IMG/VR virus record: IMGVR_UViG_3300048929_000143
Location: 1-63,715 of that record
Direction: 5' to 3' (one strand)
From: a virus
Length of the DNA: 63,715 bases
In this document: one piece after another, positions 44,091 to 51,676 of the stretch
How the letters are laid out: each line of letters starts with the position of its first letter
How positions within the stretch are numbered: the first letter of the stretch is position 1
Made by a program: the position numbers and the translations under genes
Notes under the pieces: model-generated
Told to the model about the DNA's origin: nothing
What the model saw: the letters and a program-made list of their open reading frames with translations, nothing else
The model's database searches: none

Positions 44091-44267
44091 ATGCCTTTAA
44101 TCCGTTGTCTCTTTGCCCTGGTCATGGTGTTATTTGCCGCGCTGGTGGTGTTCAATCTGCCTTATCCGTACCTTTCGCCGCGCTGGTTTTTCACGGCGGC
44201 GGGCGTGGCGTTTATTGCCGCCGCTTTCGTGGGCTTCATCCTGCCGGAAAAGCCGAAACGTGATTAA
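44091..44267 (+). CDS. Small two-TM membrane protein (below the ORF-track cutoff)
   Basis: Translated by eye: MPLIRCLFALVMVLFAALVVFNLPYPYLSPRWFFTAAGVAFIAAAFVGFILPEKPKRD, 58 aa; TGATATG junction with upstream gene. Confidence 0.5.
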   Translation: MPLIRCLFALVMVLFAALVVFNLPYPYLSPRWFFTAAGVAFIAAAFVGFILPEKPKRD

Positions 44268-44305
44268 GTTCACATAATCCGCATAACGCGAAAAATAATT
44301 TTTCG

Positions 44306-44345
44306 GGCTGCAATCCCCTGTTTATGCGGGGTTGCGGCCTTTTGT
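44306..44345 (+). terminator. Rho-independent terminator inside the accessory island
   Basis: ggctgcaatcccc / ggggttgcggcc stem followed by TTTTGT. Confidence 0.65.
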
Positions 44346-44369
44346 CGTCTGGCTTACGGTGAAAAACGG

Positions 44370-44397
44370 TTGACCTTCGCCGCGTATGTGTTATTTT
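44370..44397 (+). promoter_or_regulatory. Sigma70-like promoter (class TTGACCTTCGC)
   Basis: aaaaacggTTGACC (44370-44375), 16 nt, TATTTT (44392-44397). Confidence 0.55.
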
Positions 44398-44451
44398 TAT
44401 GGTGCAGTACCAAAAACGATAACGAAACGACAGATTAACGAGGAAAACAGA

Positions 44452-45111
44452 ATGAGCAAATCAGCACTTAAAGCCCTGGCAAACGCGGACGCAATGATCA
44501 AGACCGCTGGCATTATGAACGCCGCGCCGCTGGTGGAATACCTGAACGACGGCAAAGGCCGCACGGTGAACGGTAAAAAATTGTGGCGTAATGCGGACGT
44601 GTTAGCGAGTCTGCTGATCTGCGCCGCCGCTGATTGTCTGCAAACTGAAACGCCGGAAACGCTGGAAGAAAACGGTTTCGATGATATGTCGGAAGCCGTT
44701 GATCGCTACGTTGCGAGCGCCTTAGATGTCTGGTCCCAGGTTGAATGGATGGACTGTAAAAAAGGCGCAACCAAACCGGAATTAGATCGCCTGGCTGAAA
44801 TGGTTAACGGTCATCTTGAATATCTGAAACGCGCCGCATTAAAAGCGGACGACAACGAAAGCGCGTCAATCTGCAACCTTTGCGCAAGCCTGATCGTTAA
44901 TGACGACGCAACCGGATTCGACTATTCAGACGACGGCGAAAAACGCGAAAATAACGCGCGTATCGGGATCGCGTCCTGGCGTGCTGAATGGCTAACGTTA
45001 GCCGTTGACCTGGATAACGCTGAAAATGATATTTCGTTTGGCTGTGAGTGTTGCGGGGCGCGTGTCCACGGTTGGCGCGGTCGCTTAGTCTTCGCAAACT
45101 TCCGTAATTAA
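44452..45111 (+). CDS. Hypothetical protein
   Basis: Start ATG 44452 after GAGGAA (the track start at 44386 sits on the promoter); 219 aa; C-terminal CECCG...H Cys cluster. Confidence 0.6.
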   Translation: MSKSALKALANADAMIKTAGIMNAAPLVEYLNDGKGRTVNGKKLWRNADVLASLLICAAADCLQTETPETLEENGFDDMSEAVDRYVASALDVWSQVEWMDCKKGATKPELDRLAEMVNGHLEYLKRAALKADDNESASICNLCASLIVNDDATGFDYSDDGEKRENNARIGIASWRAEWLTLAVDLDNAENDISFGCECCGARVHGWRGRLVFANFRN

Positions 45112-45121
45112 GGGGTAAATC

Positions 45122-45361
45122 ATGATCGGTATCTGTGAACGTAGATCGGTTGTTCAGGCTTGCGCGGAATTCAGCAGAACACGCCGCCACCTGGCCGGAT
45201 GGAAAACCCGCGATGGGTTGACGTTCGACCGTGACGGATACCGGATTGAATTTACGGACGGGCGCTGGATGTTATTTAAAAACTCTCTTTCGTGCCGTCA
45301 TGCTGTTTATGTTTCGTCTTACTTGATCGCCGTGGTGGACGCGGCAAAGGAAATTAAATAA
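45122..45361 (+). CDS. Hypothetical protein
   Basis: 79 aa; AAGGGG RBS. Confidence 0.5.
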   Translation: MIGICERRSVVQACAEFSRTRRHLAGWKTRDGLTFDRDGYRIEFTDGRWMLFKNSLSCRHAVYVSSYLIAVVDAAKEIK

Positions 45362-45624
45362 TGAGTATCGGCCTTATTTTATCTGTATGTATGCCGCTGT
45401 TATCTGGCGGTGACGATTGCAAGGATTACATTGTGGACGTGTACGACGCTGTGATCCCGTGCGTGGTTGAGATGGAGAAAAACGCGCAGACCTTAGATGA
45501 TCGCTATCTGTCGTGCGGCGCGGTAGATCACACCGTGCTGATTGATACCCGCGATCACCGTACCGCCGCGCAAATCATCGCGGATCTGAATGCTGAACTG
45601 CCTTACATGGGGACTACCAAATGA
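45361..45624 (+). CDS. Hypothetical protein
   Basis: 87 aa; TAATG overlap. Confidence 0.5.
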   Translation: MSIGLILSVCMPLLSGGDDCKDYIVDVYDAVIPCVVEMEKNAQTLDDRYLSCGAVDHTVLIDTRDHRTAAQIIADLNAELPYMGTTK

Positions 45625-46430
45625 ATATTAAAATCAACAATGTGCGTGAGTTAGCACATAGGGCAATTGATACCATCAACGACGGCGGCAACTGGCGCGG
45701 CGCGGCGCTGTTAATCACTAAACAGGCGGCGGACGGGCGGACGGCTTGCGCGGCTGTACTGGCGACCATGCTGGAATTGTGGGATCGGGATATGCCCGCC
45801 TATAACCGCGCACACTTCGCGGAAGCCGTGTTGACCTATGCGATCAGCGGGAACAGTAACCCGCGCCGCCATAAGGAATGGATCAGGGGGTTTTATTGGT
45901 TGCGCGATGGCACGGACGGCGTCACGGCGGATTATGCGCAACTGGTCACGCTTCGCTTTTGTAATACCAACGTGTACGCCGGGTTAAACGCGGCTTATCA
46001 GTTATGCGGGGCGCTTCACGGACGTGAACTGGAACACTCACGGATCACCAGTGAGAACGGGGAAAGGGGTGTACATAACCGCTTGCGCTTACTGGTGGAC
46101 GCGATGATCGGCAAAGAACAGCCGGACGCGCCGCAAACTAAACCGTTTACCGTGTGGATTGCCGATCAGGTGTTAGGCGATAAGGGATACACTGAACGCC
46201 CTTTCATCTGCCATATCAACGTAGAAAACGCGGCGGCAATCGTTGCGGAGGCGTTAACGGTCTACCGTAGATCATTCGGGCTTCCGGCTGAGGGCTGGTT
46301 AGAATTTGCCGCCGAAAATGGCGCGTATGTGTTCCAGGTTATCGCGGGGCATATTCCGTTTGAGTGCATCACCAACAACTACGACGGCGTAAGTGAAGAC
46401 GATACAAAATGGATATGGGGCGCAAAATGA
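45621..46430 (+). CDS. Hypothetical protein
   Basis: 269 aa; ATGA overlap. Confidence 0.6.
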   Translation: MNIKINNVRELAHRAIDTINDGGNWRGAALLITKQAADGRTACAAVLATMLELWDRDMPAYNRAHFAEAVLTYAISGNSNPRRHKEWIRGFYWLRDGTDGVTADYAQLVTLRFCNTNVYAGLNAAYQLCGALHGRELEHSRITSENGERGVHNRLRLLVDAMIGKEQPDAPQTKPFTVWIADQVLGDKGYTERPFICHINVENAAAIVAEALTVYRRSFGLPAEGWLEFAAENGAYVFQVIAGHIPFECITNNYDGVSEDDTKWIWGAK

Positions 46431-47176
46431 TCACTCTGAACGGCAACCGCACAAAACCAACATTAGACGACGTATTAACCGAATTAGACGCTTTCGAGGC
46501 CATTGCTATGACTACCGCTAAAAAGTTTACCGCTTTCATCCTGGATATCGACCGCGAAGAGAATGATCCGTTGATCGTGCATTTCGAAACCACCAGCGGC
46601 GAAATGATGCACGGCGACATTGAAACGGCCTACTTTTACGCGCTGGATTGCGGCGCTAACGTGGAAGGGTTCGATCCTGAATTCGTGCAATCTGACAGTA
46701 TCGGATCGCTATGGTGTGCCCAGGGCGCGGCTGTTATGGGGGTGATCGCGGGTCATCATGATGCAGTCTGGAACATTGACGGCATGGTTAACGAGGATTA
46801 TCCCGCCGCTTTCGACCTTGCCAGAAAGGCAGAAGAAAAGGCCGCCGCCGCTGATCCGTTTAAAGAGACATACCGATCCGCGTGGTTGTCTACTTGCCAC
46901 CTCACCCCCGCCACGCTGAAAGGGCTTAACGACATCACCAGCAACAGGGCGCTACCTTTCTGGATTCATAGCACGGCCTACGGCTGGATCATCCGCTTTG
47001 ATGCGCTGGACGCTTTCGGGACGATTGAAGCGGAGAACGTAACAGCACATTGGATCGCTAATCAGCCAGATATCCAGGCCATTAAACAGGCGCTTTATAA
47101 ACACGGGTACGAGGCCGCACACCTGGACGCTGATGGTCCTGCTATTGAGGGGCTGGAAGAGTACGATCACGAATAG
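46427..47176 (+). CDS. Hypothetical protein
   Basis: Start ATG 46427 (ATGA overlap) preferred over 46409; 249 aa. Confidence 0.6.
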   Translation: MITLNGNRTKPTLDDVLTELDAFEAIAMTTAKKFTAFILDIDREENDPLIVHFETTSGEMMHGDIETAYFYALDCGANVEGFDPEFVQSDSIGSLWCAQGAAVMGVIAGHHDAVWNIDGMVNEDYPAAFDLARKAEEKAAAADPFKETYRSAWLSTCHLTPATLKGLNDITSNRALPFWIHSTAYGWIIRFDALDAFGTIEAENVTAHWIANQPDIQAIKQALYKHGYEAAHLDADGPAIEGLEEYDHE

Positions 47177-47208
47177 TAAATAAACCTCGTTTATCTGGCT
47201 TCACGATT

Positions 47209-47236
47209 GCCCGTCTATCATGGACGGGCTTTTTTA
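47209..47236 (+). terminator. Rho-independent terminator ending the accessory island
   Basis: gcccgtc/gacgggc stem (47209-47215/47223-47229), then TTTTTT. Confidence 0.8.
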
Positions 47237-47582
47237 TTTCCTTTGGTTGGCTATCCCATAGGCCGCTTTCAGGGTTGCCGCGTACAACGTGGTGATCTTG
47301 ATACTGGTCCCGCCTGTTTTATCTCATTCCCTGCATTCAGAGATCACCCCATTCAGAACACCGCCGCACACCAGGATCACCCCGATCATGGTGAATATCT
47401 GCATATCACGCATAACATGTATATTTGAATACCGATTTTAGCGCCGCTATGGGGGCTAGACGAGGCGATCACATAGTAAGTAATGCGATGGTACTGCATA
47501 GGACGTTGCGAGGCGTGGCGGGGCGATTGCGGAAGAATTCTTGATGGGGGTCAAAAGGTACTCCCCCGACCTCATTCGAATG

Positions 47583-47604
47583 CCGCGGGGGCGCAGAGCC
47601 GCGG
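47583..47604. other. Palindrome-flanked GC-rich site, candidate cohesive-end (cosN-like) site
   Basis: CCGCGG-GGGCGCAGAG-CCGCGG read directly. The cos assignment rests on recalled similarity only. Confidence 0.3.
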
Positions 47605-47681
47605 TTTACGGAAATCTGCGGGATCGGCCATGGCTCCACTGCCACTTTTCCATGGAAGTTCTGGCACATCTGGAACAATTC

Positions 47682-47782
47682 TTTCTGGTACGGTTTCTGG
47701 TACGGTTTCTGGTACAACAAAATTCCTTTATATTTCGATAACTTATAGTTTAGTTGTACCAGAAGTACCAGAAGTACCAGAA
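47682..47782. repeat. 3+3 inverted array of TTCTGGTAC around an AT-rich 40-bp core (origin / DNA-binding-protein array candidate)
   Basis: TTTCTGGTAC at 47682, 47694, 47706 (12-bp period); GTACCAGAA at 47756, 47765, 47774 (9-bp period). Extra single copies at 47872-47881 and 47947-47955. Confidence 0.85.
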
Positions 47783-48019
47783 GTTTATAAGGTTCCATTA
47801 AGGCTCCACTGTTAGTAAGTACCGATCACACACTACATAATGATCTCTCATATATAACGCGTAACTGAACCTTTCTGGTACACTCGGCACGAAGCCGAAT
47901 TCCTTTTATAGATCATGTGCTTAACCCTGTACCGGAAGTTTTCGTGTTCTGGTACTTTTGCGAAAATTCCCTGGAAAATGGCCAGAAAAATGGCCGAAAA
48001 ACGCGAATTTTCACGTCTA

Positions 48020-48053
48020 CTGAAAACGAAAATCCCCGGATTTCTCCAGGGAT
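48020..48053 (-). terminator. Probable terminator of the leftward primase operon
   Basis: atccccgga/tccagggat imperfect stem (48032-48040/48045-48053); minus strand followed by TTTCGTTTTC. Confidence 0.5.
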
Positions 48054-48087
48054 CTGATTTCAAAAATTGGCCAATTTCAGAAAATCG

Positions 48088-50712
48088 TTAAAGCATGTCA
48101 TCTTCGTCGAATTCGTCTTCCTCCTGTACATTCGCTTCATTGTGGCGATCGAGCCATGCACGAATTTCATCGGCATCCGGGGCGCCATCGGGGCGTTCGA
48201 AATGCTTCGGTTGCGGTGAGTAGCAGCGCCCTAGTTTTCCGTCGATACGAACTTTACCGGAGTGTGTTGATGCCACCCGATAGAATCCCGCTGCTTCCAT
48301 TTTTCTGGAAATAGAACGGGAGTTCGGCGCTTTGAAGTTGTCAATTTCGCGTTCGAGATAGGCCATCAAATCCGGCATGAAGATGATGTCTCGGCAGACG
48401 TTGCGGGTGCAGTTTTCGCTTACGCAGGTCATCACAGAATCCGTGAAATCATCCTTCGACAACGCCATCATTCGTTCGCGCGCCATGGTGTCCATCGGCG
48501 CATGGCCACCGGAAGGATTAAAGTCTTTGCGGAACTGGAATTCGCTGAACCATTTACGCAGCGCGCCAGCGGACTGGCGGAATGCGCGGTCGAATCGTTT
48601 GAAGAAATTCGGCTCGGATTTCAGGAACGGGATCAGGTCGCGCTTCTTATCCTGGAACTGGCTGGCCACCACCAGATAACGGCGGTCGTTGTCGTCGATC
48701 GGCAGCGCTGCAGGGTCGTTCGTCACCATGATGTAACTGGCGGTGTTACGCACTTTCAGACTGTCTTCGCGCATACGGCGAACCGAAATTATCGGGTTAG
48801 TGATGAACGGTTTAATGTTGTTCAGCACGTCATATCCATGGCCAACCACGGACACTTCTTCCACGAATTTCACGATGTCGGACTCAGCCCACTTCGTAAA
48901 GTTACTCTGCAGATCGGAGTTACTTACCTCGCCGACGTTCGCGTCACCCAGGATGCAGCGGAACATCTCACGGATGATGGTCTTACCGGAACCAGGGCAA
49001 CCGTGAATGATCAGGGCGTAGTTGATGCGCTTCCCTGGGTTTTTGATAGCCCACGCGAAGTATTCCATCACGTACTCGCGCTCTTTGTGGTCCGGGAACT
49101 GAACCATGAAAAAGTCCTTCATGATCTGGATGTTTTTCAGGTCGCGCTGGCTGTAGTCTTCCGGCATATCGACCATCGTGTCCGGATGGAAGGTGTTCAG
49201 GAAGATGCGGCCATTGTCGGCGGAGTATGCCAGGTTGTCGGATTCGAAGAAACGGAAGAACTCAGGCCGGCCCGCACATTCGCGTACTGGCTTCCACTCG
49301 CTGTTCGGCGTTTCGCCGTGCGCCAGCGGGTTATACATCACCCCGTCGACCACCGGCACCTGATAGATATCCATGGCCAGTTTCGCAGGCGTGGTGTCAG
49401 GGTCTTCGTCAACCATGTACCGGCGCATGGCCAGGTCGAACGCCTGAACGCTACTGGAAGAACCGTTTCGGATGTTAACGAAAAGGCCGGTCTGGCGGTT
49501 GAAGCACCACTGCATGAGCCAACCTGGCAGGTCATCGGGGTCAATACGGTATGACAGGTTTTTCTTGATCTCTGCCGGAGACAGCTTACGCCCCATGAGT
49601 TCGTTGTATTTGTCGCAGGCGACTTTCACAACGTCCATTCGCGCCATGCCGAACATCTTCACTTTGCGGAAATGGCTGGCGGCTTCCACCCATTCGTCAC
49701 GGTTTGTAGCGCCGGAGAATTTCGGGATAAGCGTTTCAACGGCTTCCGCGCGCTGGCGGTCTTCGATTTCGTTGGCTTCCAGCAGCAGCGAACGGAAGGA
49801 GATCAGGCGCTTTTTATCGTGCTTGAAACCCTCGTCCCACTTCTGGTCGAAAGAGTCCTGATCGAAGTTGTTGGCCTGCGCTGACCATTTCAGGGCGATG
49901 TCGTATGCCCGGTCCTGGTCTTCCACGCCGGTCTGCAGCGCGGCGATGACACGAATCCACTGCTGGTAATCTTCCGCACCTGGCAGCAGCATGACTTTGC
50001 GCTCCAGTTCGTCGTAATCACCATCATACTGGCTGTACTGGTCGACGGCGGAGTTCACCCAGTCGTCTTCTTCGTACTCTTCGTCCTCGTCATCCCATCC
50101 CAGGGTCTGGCCACGCACGGCCATCGTGTGTTTCCATCCACGTTTGGCACACTCGCGGTCGAACTCGGCGATGATGTCGAATGCCTGCGCTTCGGTCAGC
50201 GTTGGCAGGTCGTCTCGGTCTACTTCTGTCGGGTCGCCGTTGGCCACCCACTTGTACGGCTTGTTGGTATCAGGGTGAACACCGAATGCGATGAACTGCT
50301 GGCCATCCCCAAGGATCTGGACTTCGTGTTTCATTGAAGTTTTCGGGTCGCCTTCGTGCCAGACCGATTTCATGGTCGGGAACTTGGCGCCGGAGAGGCG
50401 GAACAGCAGCAGACGTTTCGGTTCCAGGCCTACGCGGGTAGGCGCGCTGCCGTAAACCAGTTCGACGTAATCGGACATGTGTTCGACGAGGTCTTCGTCG
50501 CGGATATCCAGGTCGACAGCCGGATTTTTGGCAGTAAGGATGCCGGCCCCGCAATCTCCATGTTGCAGAACCCAGTTTTCCCAGTTTCCTTCGAAGTCGT
50601 TCGTCGTCCAGTTTTTGAATAACGGCGCTTTCGATTTCCGCCGGATCGGCGTAAAGATGTAGCCATTAACGGCCAGGTCTTCGCCGACTTGATGAAGCGA
50701 AGTTTTAGCCAT
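48088..50712 (-). CDS. Bifunctional primase-polymerase / superfamily-3 helicase (P4 alpha / D5-like)
   Basis: Prim-pol N-terminus (YIFTPI...KAP..KNW, AVDLDIRD), PriCT-like middle, Walker A IIHGCPGSGKT. Start ATG 50712 (TAATG overlap) preferred over 50739. Confidence 0.85.
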   Translation of the reverse strand: MAKTSLHQVGEDLAVNGYIFTPIRRKSKAPLFKNWTTNDFEGNWENWVLQHGDCGAGILTAKNPAVDLDIRDEDLVEHMSDYVELVYGSAPTRVGLEPKRLLLFRLSGAKFPTMKSVWHEGDPKTSMKHEVQILGDGQQFIAFGVHPDTNKPYKWVANGDPTEVDRDDLPTLTEAQAFDIIAEFDRECAKRGWKHTMAVRGQTLGWDDEDEEYEEDDWVNSAVDQYSQYDGDYDELERKVMLLPGAEDYQQWIRVIAALQTGVEDQDRAYDIALKWSAQANNFDQDSFDQKWDEGFKHDKKRLISFRSLLLEANEIEDRQRAEAVETLIPKFSGATNRDEWVEAASHFRKVKMFGMARMDVVKVACDKYNELMGRKLSPAEIKKNLSYRIDPDDLPGWLMQWCFNRQTGLFVNIRNGSSSSVQAFDLAMRRYMVDEDPDTTPAKLAMDIYQVPVVDGVMYNPLAHGETPNSEWKPVRECAGRPEFFRFFESDNLAYSADNGRIFLNTFHPDTMVDMPEDYSQRDLKNIQIMKDFFMVQFPDHKEREYVMEYFAWAIKNPGKRINYALIIHGCPGSGKTIIREMFRCILGDANVGEVSNSDLQSNFTKWAESDIVKFVEEVSVVGHGYDVLNNIKPFITNPIISVRRMREDSLKVRNTASYIMVTNDPAALPIDDNDRRYLVVASQFQDKKRDLIPFLKSEPNFFKRFDRAFRQSAGALRKWFSEFQFRKDFNPSGGHAPMDTMARERMMALSKDDFTDSVMTCVSENCTRNVCRDIIFMPDLMAYLEREIDNFKAPNSRSISRKMEAAGFYRVASTHSGKVRIDGKLGRCYSPQPKHFERPDGAPDADEIRAWLDRHNEANVQEEDEFDEDDML

Positions 50713-50996
50713 TAGATCAGACTCCCGTTCCGGACGCACTCGACTGGGTTAACCAGCCATTCCCACTGGATGAATTCACGGCCTAAACCGTTTTCCACCA
50801 TCATCGCGGCGCGAGTCGTAAAACGCCCCTCGCGCATAAAGCGGGAAAGTACATCCGGACGGAAATCACAAATCTCGGCGATCTCGCGTACAAGGACGCG
50901 ATTTTTCGACAGCAGACCGGCGCGGGCAACGATGAACCGAACGATTTGTTCAGGGTCTTCGCGGTCAACGCAGGTCGGGATTTCAGGTAATGACAT
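50712..50996 (-). CDS. Small helix-turn-helix DNA-binding protein (putative regulator)
   Basis: 94 aa; VLVREIAEICDFRPDVLSRFMREG looks like an HTH; first gene of the leftward primase operon. Confidence 0.45.
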   Translation of the reverse strand: MSLPEIPTCVDREDPEQIVRFIVARAGLLSKNRVLVREIAEICDFRPDVLSRFMREGRFTTRAAMMVENGLGREFIQWEWLVNPVECVRNGSLI

Positions 50997-51042
50997 ACAA
51001 ACGTCCTCTTCTTGTGTTTATTGATCCACGCGATAATGGCCT

Positions 51043-51140
51043 ATCTGGTACACAAAGGCAAGTTTTGTTCCGTTTGTCCCAAATGTACCAGAAGTCTAGG
51101 CAGCATTTGCCTCCGGTACCGCCAGTATTCGTCGGTACCC
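51043..51140. promoter_or_regulatory. Divergent control region carrying the TTCTGGTAC-type motif
   Basis: ATCTGGTAC 51043-51051 and GTACCAGAA 51085-51093 form an inverted pair; GGTACC-containing half sites lie at 51111-51120 and 51131-51140. Confidence 0.6.
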
Positions 51141-51174
51141 AAGACAGAAATTTAAAATTATTTGAAAAAAGTAG

Positions 51175-51203
51175 TTGACGGATTTTTCGGGTAGGCGTAT
51201 CTT
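51175..51203 (+). promoter_or_regulatory. Sigma70-like promoter of the rightward replication operon
   Basis: TTGACG (51175-51180), 17 nt, TATCTT (51198-51203), preceded by an A/T-rich UP-like tract. Confidence 0.6.
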
Positions 51204-51268
51204 TCAATCACCGGCAGCAAACACGCCGCCGGATAAACCGAAAATTAACCGAACAGAAGGAATACCGA

Positions 51269-51676
51269 ATGTCTCTCGAACAAGCTCTGCAAGAAAACAC
51301 CGCTGCTGTAATCGCTCTGACTGCAGCACTGAAAGCGGGCGGCTCCGTAGGTGGCTCAACTGATGCTGGCTCCGAAAAGACCACCGAAAAAGCAACTGGC
51401 GGCGCGAAAGGCGGTAAAGCTACCGGCGGCGCGAAAGCAACCGGCAAAGCGAAAGTCGAAGTAGTTGATCCTGATACGCTGAAAGCGAAACTGGTCGAGT
51501 ACAAAAACGCGACCGACATGAAAGCGGCCAAGGCGCTGACCAAAGAACTGGGTTACGACGCGATCGCTGACGTGCCGGAAGACAAGTCCAAAGAAGTGTA
51601 CGACGCAATCTGCGCCGCAATCGCTGACCTGGACAACGGCAACACCGCTGATGACAACGGCGAAGAAGAACTGTAA
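51269..51676 (+). CDS. Hypothetical protein (Gly/Lys/Ala-rich linker, acidic C-terminus)
   Basis: 135 aa; AAGGAA RBS. Confidence 0.6.
   Translation: MSLEQALQENTAAVIALTAALKAGGSVGGSTDAGSEKTTEKATGGAKGGKATGGAKATGKAKVEVVDPDTLKAKLVEYKNATDMKAAKALTKELGYDAIADVPEDKSKEVYDAICAAIADLDNGNTADDNGEEEL

Noticed and set aside
47207-48063. Track ORFs in the 0.9-kb gap: 47207-47428 (+), 47469-47798 (-), 47483-47815 (+), 47541-47741 (+), 47848-48063 (-)
   Set aside because: They start inside terminator hairpins or run through the TTCTGGTAC repeat array, giving repeats such as YQKPYQKPYQK or VPEVPEVPEV. They have no RBS and odd composition. The region is better explained as non-coding.
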